Shown: piece after piece, positions 14,341 to 28,877 of the stretch
Numbering within the stretch: position 1 is the first letter of the stretch
Layout of the letters: every line of letters begins with the position of its first letter
DNA from: Eledone cirrhosa
Lineage: Eukaryota
Direction of reading: 5' to 3'
Length of the DNA stretch: 64,000 nt
Assembly (NCBI GenBank): GCA_964016885.1
Contig: OZ024743.1
Span: 105,834,001 to 105,898,000, forward strand
Translations under genes and position numbers: made by a program
The notes under the pieces: model-generated
Told to the model about the DNA's origin: nothing
The model's input: only the letters and a program-made list of their open reading frames with translations
Database searches by the model: none

Positions 14341-14470
14341 AAATATGTACATCTCTGTCTAAATATGTAAATCTCTGTTTAAATATGCGTGCATATATGT
14401 ATATATGAGTGCATATATGTATATATGAGGGCATATATGTATATATGAGTGCATATATGTATATATGAGT
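14341..14470. repeat. 20-bp minisatellites (AAATATGTAMATCTCTGTYT x2; GTGCATATATGTATATATGA x4)
   Basis: Seen directly. Confidence 0.85.
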
Positions 14471-16361
14471 AACTTCTCTATTGGATCGTCCCATAGCTAT
14501 TTATAACTAAGTACCATTTATTTTATTCGAAACTACTCTCAGTGATTAGTCCATTTCAAATACAAATAGCCACAGGATCATTTCTGTTTAGTAATCAACA
14601 TATCTAATTCTCCTATAGAACTTTCTGTCGGCAACGGCACATAGTGGAATTTGTTATACTAAGACGTCAATTGCTACATTTCCAATGTTTAATCTATAGC
14701 CAATTAATATATACTACTTGTTAATTGTGGGCTGTGACCAATCTACCCTTTGGTCTATGTCAAGTATCATAGAACTAGAAATGTCATTTCCACCTATATA
14801 CGTAACGTCATACTGGCTCAATATAATATTGGTGCCTGTTATATAAAGTTTGTCTAACCAAGACAAGCACAATAACTTTATTCCAAACCCTTTAAGTTCT
14901 AATTGCGATTAATTACATTTAGCATATTCAATGGGTAGTTTAACCAGCCAAACAGATATATATATATATAACTGTTATTGACAATTATGAAATTTAAAAG
15001 TATTCATGAGGTTAGGAACTGCGTGAGAGCCTTTATGTTGTTAAATCACTGGAAGATTTTACATCAGTCTTTACAAAGAATACACAATTGACATAGTATA
15101 ACCGGTAAATAACATCTATCATAACCATTACGTATATACGTAGAATCAACTCTAACATGGATGTAAATATCAGCACAGCAATATCAAAGAAGGTCTTCAT
15201 ATATTGTTATTGTTCTCAAGAATTATTATGAATAACAGAATGCAAAGAATGGAAAATTAATAGCGTTATTTTTCTATTAAAAATGATTATAACCGATTAA
15301 AATAATTTAAGTTTCACAATCACCTTAAAAAATCAAGGATTTAGTTTGATAATTTTCCAAACATTCAATTTAGTCATAGTAATCTATATTACGGAATATC
15401 TGTCTAAAAGAATCGATACGTCGATACCCGTTAGACTGACATTTAATAAGGAACATTATATCATCAACTGATATCGATCTCAACTACACATCATATAAGA
15501 GAAAATGCTTCGCATCATATTTGCTCATATTGAAATCAATGACACATGTATGACATATTCTACTCACTATCTCTCAATCTCTCACACTCAAGGAGAAACA
15601 CGCACACACATTTATATAGCGATAGGGTGGATGTCTACGGGTGCGTGGGGAGAGGGGTAGATGATGTGTGATATGGGTAGTAGTTCTACTTCCACGTGGG
15701 AACATAATTCCCTTTACAAAGTTGAGAAGCACGCAGCCGTATTTCCCTCCCCTGAAATCGCACTCACATTTCCCTATATTCACAGTTGTGTCTTACATTT
15801 ACATTCCTTATATATCTCTCAACAATATATGAGGCATGTCAATTTAAATAAGATGGAAAAAAAATGTAACTGAAGAAAATGAAAATCATGTCAGAAAATA
15901 TTGATGTTAACGCGTTTCATTTCGTAAAAAATAGTAATAACAAAAAGAAGGAAAACAAAACAGATGTGTATACGCAGAAAATTAATATAGGAAAATCGCG
16001 CTGAATCGTGACAAAGATACGGAAATAAACAGATGAAAACATTACTATAGCATATTGAAACATTATTGTAGCAGTGGATTAATACGAAGAAAAATTAATG
16101 AAACAAAGCCTTTTTCAAAATTAGAAATATCACGATCGGAAATATTGAAACAGTGTATGCAGAATAGTTTTCTAAATGAAGGGGGAAAAAATAAATAAAG
16201 ACTCAAAATCCAAAAAAAGAAAAAAATGAATACATAAATGAAATATATTTTAAAAAAATCAAGCAACAATTGAATAAAAATATAAGAAAATTTCTCCGAA
16301 TTAATAATGATAATAATAAGCGTAGCTTATTCATCACACTGATGAATAAGTTAATAATAAT

Positions 16362-16440
16362 AGAAGAAGAAGAAGAAGAAGAAGAAGAAGAAGAAGAAGA
16401 AGAAGAAGAAGAAGAAGAAGAAGAAGAAGAAGAAGAAGAA

Positions 16441-16473
<33 letters not shown>

Positions 16474-16598
16474 ACGACGACGACGACGACGACGACGAAG
16501 AAGAAGAAGAAGAAGAAGAAGAAGAAGAAGAAGAAGAAGAAGAAGAAGAAGAAGAAGAAGAAGAAGAAGAAGAAGAAGAAGAAGAAGAAGAAGAAGAA
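16362..16598. repeat. Compound (GAA)n(GAC)n(GAA)n microsatellite
   Basis: Seen directly. Confidence 0.97.
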
Positions 16599-17168
16599 TA
16601 GCTGTGATTACGTTGGTGACAATAAATAATAAATATATGACAACATCGGATCACGAATATTCTAACAAAAAGGCCTACTTAATAATATCAAATATGCCAG
16701 TGAGGTGAAATAAAAAATAACTCCAATATCATTTTATTTTTTTACTTTTATATTAAATTTTGTTATGGGTTATAATCCTCTAACTCTTATTCTTGTATAA
16801 ACCATATTGCTGCATCGAGCATGAATTCTTGCTTTATGAGCACAACAAGAATAACATCAGGTAATAAAACGATAGGAAAAAGATCAAAGACATAACAGCA
16901 ATAAGATTGTTTATACAAGAAATTGTAACTTACATAAGCACGACAACTTTGATTTAATGGAAGAAGAATGCGAAAGGTGCAACATTCATTCATTTCCCCA
17001 AAATGTTAATCATGGAAGCCAGTTAGCTAAAATAGAATATACACATATACGTACACAAACACACCCACCCCCACACTCACATCCCCACACAAAGGAACAC
17101 ATACACTCTTAAAAAACACACGCACACACACACACACATACATATATATAATAAGAAACATACTTATA

Positions 17169-17368
17169 NNNNNNNNNNNNNNNNNNNNNNNNNNNNNNNN
17201 NNNNNNNNNNNNNNNNNNNNNNNNNNNNNNNNNNNNNNNNNNNNNNNNNNNNNNNNNNNNNNNNNNNNNNNNNNNNNNNNNNNNNNNNNNNNNNNNNNNN
17301 NNNNNNNNNNNNNNNNNNNNNNNNNNNNNNNNNNNNNNNNNNNNNNNNNNNNNNNNNNNNNNNNNNNN
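17169..17368. other. Assembly gap (200 N)
   Basis: Run of n. Confidence 1.
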
Positions 17369-18009
17369 ATAATTATACCTTGAATAGAAAAGGTTTAGTA
17401 CAATAATGCAACTTAACACGTCGTCATTTACCAACTCTATGCTTCTGATTATTTGCTACAGTGTATACTGTATACTACGTTCAAACTTGATGGTATATTT
17501 TAACATATCTTTATATTCTGTAGTATAATCTTATCAGATCGATTTAGGTGGACTCAAAAGATTGCATAGAGTAAATAATATACTACATACTTTTACAACT
17601 CACAAGGTTTTGATGTCTGTCGTTTTAACACATACATTTTCTGCTCTGGGGTTGATAAAGTTTCTATATTTGAAGATAGCTGAATGTTTACATATTAGAA
17701 GTTTGATATCTATGGCCTTTAGATAATATGCTTATATATTATTTGCGGCTCCAGTTTTTTTACATTCTACTTTCCTATGCTTTCCAACGATGCAGTTCTG
17801 TCTAGTATGAGCAATTTTCTGCTGAAGTGTTTTGATGTGTAGTCCAACACAGTCAATAATATAATATTGCGTTAGGCTATATCCACAAGTGCATAAGCAA
17901 ATATGTTCAGGAAGTATATGAAGTGAACACATTTTACATACTAAAACTGGTGCATCTCTCTGAACTATCATTAGAAAGCATATGTACGAATAGGTGCAGA
18001 ACTCACAAC

Positions 18010-18043
<34 letters not shown>

Positions 18044-18048
18044 CATGC

Positions 18049-18079
<31 letters not shown>

Positions 18080-18720
18080 GTTGTGAGTTCTGCACCTATT
18101 CGTACATATGCTTTCTAATGATAGTTCAGAGAGATGCACCAGTTTTAGTATGTAAAATGTGTTCACTTCATATACTTCCTGAACATATTTGCTTATGCAC
18201 TTGTGGATATAGCCTAACGCAATATTATATTATTGACTGTGTTGGACTACACATCAAAACACTTCAGCAGAAAATTGCTCATACTAGACAGAACTGCATC
18301 GTTGGAAAGCATAGGAAAGTAGAATGTAAAAAAACTGGAGCCGCAAATAATATATAAGCATATTATCTAAAGGCCATAGATATCAAACTTCTAATATGTA
18401 AACATTCAGCTATCTTCAAATATAGAAACTTTATCAACCCCAGAGCAGAAAATGTATGTGTTAAAACGACAGACATCAAAACCTTGTGAGTTGTAAAAGT
18501 ATGTAGTATATTATTTACTCTATGCAATCTTTTGAGTCCACCTAAATCGATCTGATAAGATTATACTACAGAATATAAAGATATGTTAAAATATACCATC
18601 AAGTTTGAACGTAGTATACAGTATACACTGTAGCAAATAATCAGAAGCATAGAGTTGGTAAATGACGACGTGTTAAGTTGCATTATTGTACTAAACCTTT
18701 TCTATTCAAGGTATAATTAT
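17369..18720. repeat. ~1.35-kb palindrome centred on a (TA)n tract, starting at the gap edge (possible assembly artefact)
   Basis: 17369-18009 is the reverse complement of 18080-18720 with no differences that I could spot; mirrored 144-aa ORFs in the track. Confidence 0.9.
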
Positions 18721-19554
18721 AATTATTCCTTGAACAGAAAAGGTTTAGCACACTCGGCCAATCATTATCTATAAACATAATTCATAATATCGCCAAAATA
18801 AAATAAATATTACCCTAAATGTTGTTGAATTCTATATAATTGTCGTACTGTTGAACATTATATTAACTTTTTGCTGTTTATTCTTTACTGTTGTAATAGT
18901 TGTAGGTGTTTTCTGGTTAGTAGGTTTTTGACGTTACTGGATGGTAACAGGGGACTTCAGAATACTCACTTCTTACGGACATTCAAATCAACAGAGATCT
19001 TACCCTCCCCACCATTCTCATGAATGTGCAAACCCATTATGTTATATACAACATTACATATTAAAAGATTAGTTCTATCACACATTCTGTGGGCTATTTA
19101 GCAAATGAGGAATTCCATTTTAACAAACATGTATATAGTGTATTATATTTTATATTATACATGTATACATCCATGCTAATTTAATGGCATGCTCTTCAAT
19201 TAGTGTGATAGAATGAACTATCTCGTTTGACGAAGTATTCATGTATCTCATTGATGTGTTAAACACTTGTTAAGATCTAGATAAAAAATGTCCATATGAT
19301 CTTCATTAAACTCAGATGTAAATGATATGAATCGTGGAACAGAACCGTGACAATAATGGAACATGAGAGATTATAATTTCTTCATTGAATTCGACTTTCG
19401 CCATACTACAATATAGAGGTCTCTGGATTCAATCAATTTGTAGAATGTTCATTAAAATACGTTGTTATTTGTATATGTCCCATTATATTTTAAGATCAAA
19501 TTGTAACCTTGTTCACTTGCCATTCACGCGCTTGTTATATTTAATAAAGAACAG

Positions 19555-19614
<60 letters not shown>

Positions 19615-19616
<2 letters not shown>

Positions 19617-19945
19617 GAGAATGCTGAGGATGGCTCTGAACATTAATCAGTATACACTGAGGATGAAAAACTTAGAGCTGTATGGGGGCCTCCCAAAAGT
19701 CAGCTCAAAAGTGACATAGAGGAGACTGAGGTTAGCTGGACATGCTCACCGAAATCCAGAGTTGACATTGCAGTCAGTGCTCCTCTGTAAGCCCTTACAT
19801 GGACACACTGGAAGTGGAAGACCAATGTTGATGCCCTAAGGATAGACACTGGTCTGTTGGAGACGCAGGGCATGGCAGCGATAATGAGGGACAGAGACCG
19901 CTGGAGAGAACTCGTCCATGGATCTCGGGAATTTTACCCACCCTA
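19615..19945 (+). mobile_element. RTE LINE 3' fragment, related to 6940-9638
   Basis: Translates as RMLRMALNINQYTLRMKNLELYGGLPKVSSKVT*RRLRLAGHAHR..., matching RMLRMVLNINQYTLKIKNPELYG of the first copy. Confidence 0.85.
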
Positions 19946-19986
19946 GATATAGATATATATATGTGTGTGTGTGTGAGTGTGTATGT

Positions 19987-20062
<76 letters not shown>

Positions 20063-20394
20063 CTATCGCTGGTCATCCTCAAAGACACCTGTTTTGCGGA
20101 CGAAATATTGGCGTTAGCCATGTTTGTTTTTGTGACTTTTGAAAATTTGGAGGGCGTTTGCGAAAGAAAATACATCAATTTAGTCCGAAGAACCACAAAT
20201 ATGGTGAATACTGACCACCTCACACGAAAGATGAGACTTTATCTCCAAAACAATACTACACATTTGAGATAAAAAACACTGTTTAGCAAAAGAAATAATG
20301 ACAAACTCACGAGCGAAAAAATAACGTCTTCGTACTTATAATAATAATTATAATGACGCTGGTGATGATGATAAAAATAGTATTAGTAACAATA

Positions 20395-21560
<1,166 letters not shown>

Positions 21561-22248
21561 CAGTGTTAATAATATCATCATTGTGTAAATGAATAATGAC
21601 AATAGGATGAAACAGACTGTGTTACCAGATGTATGTCTACCTCCATAACTATCTTCATCTAGTTGCCTGTGTCGCTATTTCTATCTGTCACGGTCCCTTT
21701 CTCACTCTCTACCCCTCTTTCTGTCACACACACTCTCTCCCTCATTCTCTATAGAATATATACGTATATGTTCGTGTTTTTAAAGCTATATGGAGGGAGA
21801 ACGAGTGTGTATGCACTTGCGTGCATTTGATTGTGTACAGACTTATATTTGGAGTCACGTTATGCAATCACGCCAAGAGCACATGCTCTTTTGATGTGAC
21901 GAATGAAATATTAGATGGTAAAACAAACCTCTACAACGGAAGTTGAATTGGCAATTCATGGAACGAATCATCTTGCTCCGACATGATATACTTGTAAGAA
22001 AGAAAAAATACGAGATAATTTCCCTTCATCATATATAAACACACACACAAATCAACTGAAGCGTTATGCATACAAATATATACGATAGTCTGAGAATGCT
22101 GCATACATTAACTGCTCTATAAATCATTTGTTTTCGCTGTATATATATATTATATACTAAGCATCGTCTTCTATTTGTCTCTCCTTAAGAAACTGTGCTT
22201 TGAGTTGGACGCTTAATATTGTAAACAAATAAAATAGAGCTAAATAAT

Positions 22249-22458
22249 GGTTTCTTATATAGGCACAAGGCCAGTAATTTTGGGGGATGGGATAGTCGAT
22301 TAAATCGACCCCAGTGCGTGACTGGTACTTTATTTTATCGACCCCATAAGGCAAAGTTAACCTCGGCGGGATTTGAGCTCAGATCATAAAGAGCCGTAGC
22401 TCTATGCTGCAAAGCATGGCGTCCGACCCTCTACCGATACTGCCAATCCACCGCCCTC
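22249..22458 (-). mobile_element. OR2-like SINE with perfect 18-bp TSD
   Basis: TSD AAAATAGAGCTAAATAAT at 22231-22248 and 22459-22476. Confidence 0.9.
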
Positions 22459-22476
22459 AAAATAGAGCTAAATAAT

Positions 22477-22660
22477 TGTTTCTGCTATTGGCACAAGGCC
22501 ATCAATAACCCAGTACATTACTGGTACTTTATTTTATCGACCCCGTAAGCATGAAAGGCAAAGTTAACCTCGGCGAGATTTGAACTCAGAATGGCAAGGG
22601 CCGTAACTCTATGCGTCAAACATGGCGTCCGACCCTCTACCGATACTGCCAATTCACCAA
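22477..22660 (-). mobile_element. OR2-like SINE (second, tandem copy)
   Basis: Same core sequence as neighbouring copy. Confidence 0.88.
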
Positions 22661-22887
22661 TACAATATAAAAATAGAAGACAACGAATATTTTCAAAAGA
22701 AGACTATTCACTAGATATTAGTACCAAAAATGGCACACGAAAACATACATACACACACACATTTATGTATGTATGCATGAATGTATGTATATATTTATGT
22801 ATATATGTGTGCATGAATGTATGTATGTATGCATTATGTATGTATGCATGCATGTATGTATGTATGTATGTATGTATGAATGCATGC

Positions 22888-22995
<108 letters not shown>

Positions 22996-23477
22996 TCTTT
23001 TACTCTTAAACCTGTTCCAGCCATCCGGCTGAGGCCATGCTGGGGCACCGCCCTTGTATATATATACATATATATATATATTTATATTTACTTGTCATAA
23101 AATTCTCTAAAAAGGCTACAGAATAGATTCCCAAATAAGGGCGCGAAAATTTATGAAAACTTGTTCACGTGACCGCCATAATTTCATTTATAACCAATCA
23201 AATTACGTTTATTAAAAAAAAGCCTTCGTGAACCCCCTTTTTTTAAGTAAAAAGATATTCAAACACTCATATATGAAAAAAACAACCTGTGACCCCCCCC
23301 CCCCCTCCTTGTTTTAAGAACTTTGTAACGCGAACTGGCGCGAAGTTTATTATAATTATTGACCAACAAATCAAATTACTTCTCGAAAAACCTGGCATTT
23401 CGAGCCGCTTTTTCCATATAAAACAAGTAACATTCAGAGACCTAACAGATGTGAGAAAAACCACAGACCCTCCATCT

Positions 23478-23645
23478 CAACTCTACTTTTAAAAAGCAGA
23501 AGAACTGCAAAACCGGTAAAGGAACCAAATAAATATATATATATTTTTAGAATTAAGACTCCAGTTGCATTTTCGATTTCATTTTTTTTCCTTTATACTT
23601 TCACTCGTGTAGGACACCTCGATTATTTTTCATTTTGTAAAAGAA
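23478..23645 (+). mobile_element. PLE-terminal-like fragment (copy of 6789-6902 family)
   Basis: CAACTCTACTTTTAAAAAGCAGAAGAACTGCAAAACCGGTAAAGGAACC...AAGACTCCAGTTGCATTTTCGATTTCAT; ends in (TA)n. Confidence 0.55.
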
Positions 23646-23713
23646 ACCTCACTTTCTAATAATATATATATATATTATATACATATAAATATATGTAGAT
23701 ATATATACATACA

Positions 23714-23790
<77 letters not shown>

Positions 23791-24006
23791 ATATATATAT
23801 GTTTATATATATTTATATACATACATATATTTAAGTAACAGCCCTACTAAGAGTGAGAAATGAAATTTCGTTTCATTTTTTCCGTTTATCGTTTTCGGTA
23901 CCCCGGCCGATTAACTCACTCGATATGCAAATTAGGCTGCTCAGCCATTAATATGCATAAGGAAATTATATACTTTCAGACGTTCAATCATCTGGCAGGA
24001 AGGAAT

Positions 24007-24049
24007 ACATTGCTGACGATAGCTAATAAGCATGAAACTAGTACAGCGT
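24007..24049 (+). ncRNA. Type I hammerhead (partly decayed)
   Basis: ACAUUG CUGACGA UAGC-UAAUAA-GCAU GAAA CUAG UA^CAGCGU. Confidence 0.7.
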
Positions 24050-24436
24050 TCTTTTGTCAGGGTTGAACAAATGAGCAACGATGGTTGCTAGACACTGTAC
24101 GGCTTAATTCGAGATGTTTGTTTACAAACACACCGAGCATTATAATAAATGTTCGGTGAATTCATACGTACATATATATATATGTGTGCATGTATGTATA
24201 TATATATACATACTACTGTACGTCTGTATACATATATGTATGTACGTATACATACTTATGTTTAAGTAACAGCCGTACTAAGAGTGAGAAATGAAATTCC
24301 GTTTCATTTTTTCCGTTTATCGTTTAGGGTACCCCGGCCGATTAACTCACTCGATATGCAGATTAGGCTGCTCACCGTTAATATGCATAAGGAAAGTATA
24401 TACTTTCAGACGTTCAATCATCTCACAGGAAGGTAT

Positions 24437-24479
24437 ACGTTGCTGACGATAGCTAATATGGTTGAAACTAGTACAGCGT
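24437..24479 (+). ncRNA. Type I hammerhead (partly decayed stem II)
   Basis: GG-UAU-ACGUUG CUGACGA UAGC-UAAUAU-GGUU GAAA CUAG UA^CAGCGU-U-CC; 6-bp stem I fully paired. Confidence 0.75.
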
Positions 24480-24669
24480 TCCTTTGTCTGGGTTGAACAA
24501 ATGAGCAACGATGGTTGCTAGACACTGTACGGCTTACCATACTATTTCATTCTAATACCATTATAAATTTTAAAGGATTATAAATAAAACGGGTAAATCA
24601 GACAAAGTTGGAATTCCTTTTATTAATATAATCTTCTATACACAATCATACACACCCGTGTATATTTAT

Positions 24670-24765
<96 letters not shown>

Positions 24766-24766
<1 letters not shown>

Positions 24767-24956
24767 CGAAGGAGTTGTGGTAAGGAACCAGATGGACTAT
24801 AACGCACCAGAGTACTCAATACTTAGGGTAGTAGAGTGGGTAATAGGAAAATGCATGATTCCGACAGCAGAGCTGAAGCCGTTTTGACGGCTGTTTCTGG
24901 AGTCCAGAAATACCCGTCCAAAGTGCTTGCGCTCTGCCGTCGGGGTCATACATTTT

Positions 24957-24960
<4 letters not shown>
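24766..24960. mobile_element. Head-to-head inverted terminal fragment (same family as 9849-10040), more diverged
   Basis: AACGAAGGAGTTGTGGTAAGGAACCAGATGGAC... then imperfect inverted repeat centred near 24900; flanked by (TA)n. Confidence 0.7.
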
Positions 24961-25046
<86 letters not shown>

Positions 25047-25649
25047 CGTATGTATGTATATATGTCTACAAAGTAGGAGTGGGAGAAAAAAGTAAAACCA
25101 GAGAGGAGTGAAACGGATAGACACGCAGATTGAGAGGGAGCGAGAAGCAGATAGATAGCGAGATATAGTGAAAAGAGTTATTAAGAGGGAGAGTGTGAGA
25201 GAAAGACAATTAGAAAAACACACAGGTAACCTACAATTGTTTAACGCGCAATTCAGTACAAAACAGTTTTCAAGTTCATTCCTGTTTAATATTGCGTGAT
25301 GCATGCTAGATATGTGTACAATAGTTATTGTTACACAATAATGAATTTGGAGACTATAAGAAGTTAAAATGATGACAAGAAAGTAAAACACAAAATCTAT
25401 TCATGAAAGAAAAAAAAATATGAACAATCTATGCTAGTGTGAGTTGAAGCTTTTCAGAGTCCATATACATCGTATTCTTGAAGGAAAAAAATGATGTACA
25501 ATAGACATGCAATCGTCACAATATTTAGAATCTATACGATTCTTCTTTTCTCTATACTTACCATACCGACACACATGTATACATGCATGTGTAAAAACGG
25601 GTATATATACAGACAGGAATATACATATAAATATATATATATATAATAC

Positions 25650-25729
<80 letters not shown>

Positions 25730-25914
25730 GTGTGTGTGTGTATGTGTTTCTGTGTGTGTGTGTGTGTATTAATCCAACGGGGACGAAGTATCAATTTAGC
25801 AGCATAACGTGACGCGCGTTCTGCAATCTAACATCACGAGGTATTATCGTCACAATCAGGCCTGACTCGGTAGCTGTTACACTCACAGGAGACAACTATA
25901 TATATATATATATG

Positions 25915-26009
<95 letters not shown>

Positions 26010-26099
26010 GATCGATCGACTTTTGTCGAATCGGACCAGGGAAAGAACGTTTCCGTTGGTCTTTCCAGTTGCTAGTACTATCTATCGGTCGCAACTCCA

Positions 26100-26204
26100 G
26101 GTAGAAGGAGCAATGTGAAATAAAGTGTCTTGCTCAAGGACATAGCGCATCGCCCGATCCAGGAACCGAACTCACAATACCCTAACCCCTCAGCCACACG
26201 CCTT

Positions 26205-26207
<3 letters not shown>
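26100..26207 (-). mobile_element. tRNA-derived SINE fragment (second family)
   Basis: Minus strand has GAGTTCGGTTCC (B-box-like) followed by the common SINE core TGTCCTTGAGCAAGACACTTTATTTCAC. Confidence 0.7.
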
Positions 26208-26262
<55 letters not shown>

Positions 26263-27701
26263 AAAATTATAAATTATAAAAAATAAACCAAAGAAGCCTT
26301 CAATACCTCAAAAGTCTTTATTAGCCAACAATTAATAGGAATGGGATTGACCCCCCGGGATAGGACTCGTTTCAATAATTTTGGTTTCAAGACTTATAAG
26401 AGCCCACCGCATAATGTTCTATTAGATAATTTTGAGAACGATTTACTTTCCCTTGTCAAAAATATAAAGTATAGGCCGTATAATAGATATGGGAACTATA
26501 ATAAGTTCGACAGGTTCCAGTCTAAACTTAAGAATATCGTTAAGGATTTTAAAGTCTATTCTTGTCCCGGCTGACAAGACTAAGAATCTTTACTCTATTG
26601 ATTACAATGCTTACCGTAATTTTATTTATAAGGAGCTGCATAAAAATTACAAAAAGACAACGCAAGATGATTTGGATCATATCAATAATGAGGGTCTCAA
26701 GATAGTTTCGGACCTGGGCCTTGATAAGTATACCCAGCCATATTACCCTAGGGAACCGAGATTCACTCTTAAGGATCATAAGGTAGACTTCATTAGTAAT
26801 CCTTCTGTTAGACTTATTAGTCCTTCTAAGTCTGATATAGCTATAACTAGTAAGAAAATCCTTGACCTGATTATACCAGCTGTTAGGGAAACGGTTCATT
26901 TTAATCTATGGGGGAACACTAAGGATGTTATAGATTGTTTCTCTGATATTAATAAACTTGAGTCTAGTAGGTTTATCCAGTTTGATATTGATGCTTATTA
27001 CACGTCGATTTCACCTATCCTCCTTAATAAAGCCTTAATTATGGCCATGCGAGTGTCTAGCCTTACACGACCGCATTGTTGATGTTATACTAGCAGCCCG
27101 TAGGACTATCATCAAATTCGAGAATACACTTTGGACGCGTAAAAACACACCCAACAATTTCGACGTTACAATGGGTTCGAGTGATTCGGCCCAGGTAACT
27201 GATCTTGTTGGGCTGTTCCTCCTAAATGAACTGTATGTTACCTTTCCGCACCTTAAAGGCGGACTTTATCGTGACGATGCATTGTTTGTGATAAACTCTA
27301 GCACCAATAACATTGAGCATAATAGGAAGACTATTTTATAAATGTTTTTAAAATTTTAACCTTTCGATCATGATTGATAGAAATGATAGAGCGGTCAACT
27401 TTTTAGATGTGACTTTGGACTTGGTCACTAATAGTTATAAACCCTTCCATAAACCAAATGAGATACTCTCTTATGTTAATCCCAATTCTGACCACCCCAA
27501 ATCTATGATTAGCTCTATAATTAACGGTGTATCTAATAGAATTTCCACACTCTCTAAGGATATAGGAATATTTAATTCACATCAGAGTACTATAATAATG
27601 CCCTAGCTAACTCTGGTTACTCTGGTAAAATACGTTATAATAAGAACAACCTTAGAAAGTCTCCGTTTACCCATAATAATAATAACGTAATTTCCCATAA
27701 T

Positions 27702-28877
27702 ATGGCCATGAATGGGAGTAGAAAGCATAATAATCGTAGAAATCCCATAGGTGTATCCGAACCCATCCATAGGTTAAGCTACCGTAATCGTAATAGTGAG
27801 TCTAATGGTACACCTTTCGGGATTAGTTCTAGGGAACAAGTTAGGCACTCTGATCGCTCACCCAGTGGTAATGTTTTTACTAATTCTAATAGTGTTGTTT
27901 CAACTGATCCTGGTAGTAACCCTAATCCTATTGATATGATTCCAGATAACAGTAGATATACTAAAGGTAGAAAGAGAAGGAGACTCAATAGGGTTTTGGC
28001 TGCTTCTAATAATGTTGTTTCAACTAGTCCTCGTAGTAACCCTGATCCTATTAGTGGGATACTGGATAACGGTAGAGTTCGTAAGGATAGAAATGGGAGG
28101 AGACTCAATACTTATTTTAACCCGCCTTATAATCATGAAGTATTAACTAACATCCCTAGGTCTTTCTTTTCTATCTTAGAGAAAAATTTCCCTCCTACTA
28201 ATAAATACCATGGTATTTTTAATAAAAATGTAATTAAACTATCATTCTCTACCACCCCTAATATTAGTTCTCATTTAGCTAGCACTAACAATAAGAAAAT
28301 TAGGGACAGCTACTCCTCTTTGCGTACTACTAGTCTTGATAGATCCATTAATGAGCAGACCTTATCTTATAATAACCCTAGAAGTGATGCATCACTCATT
28401 CAGCCGGTCAATAGCACCCGGAAGTGTAACTGTAGAGTAAGTATTAACTGCCCTTTAAATGGTCACTGCCTCTCTAGGAACATTGTTTATGCTTGTGAAG
28501 TTAAGACTAATTCTTCTAATAGCACATATATAGGCTCCACATCTAATACTTTTAAAACTAGGTTTAATTCACATATCTCTAATTTTAAGCATGTTAAGTT
28601 GAAGAACTCTACTTCTTTAGCACACCATATCTGGGATCTTAAAGGGGCTGGCATGCCATATAGCCTTAATTGGCGTATAGTAGCCCGCTCTAATAACCTA
28701 TCAACACACACTAAATTCTGTAATCTCTGTATCCTAGAGACCCACTCTATAATTTTCTCTAGGGAAGTTTTGCTTAATAGAAAGTCTGAGATATTTTCTT
28801 CCTGCCCCCATGTCATTTCTAATTCTTTCTTCTATTATAGACCTAAAAGTTCTGGTAGTTTAAATCGTATCCATTAG
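27702..28877 (+). pseudogene. Open C-terminal part of the Naiad ORF: linker, Cys-rich finger and GIY-YIG endonuclease
   Basis: YFNPPYN, KCNCRVSINCPLNGHCLSRNIVY...TYIGST..FKTRFNSH...CNLCILE...LLNRKSEIFSSCPH. Confidence 0.9.

Larger units (their letters stand above)
23790..24536 (+). mobile_element. ~1.7 tandem copies of a ~430-bp hammerhead-bearing repeat, diverged homologue of the 466-bp monomer (retrozyme-like)
   Basis: Direct repeat 23831/24262. Collinear matches to the 466-bp unit include ACTCAC....TATGCAAATTAG.CTGC, AAATTTCGTTTC and TTGCTGA.GA...GAAACTAGT.CA...TTCCTT.GTCTGG. Confidence 0.85.
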
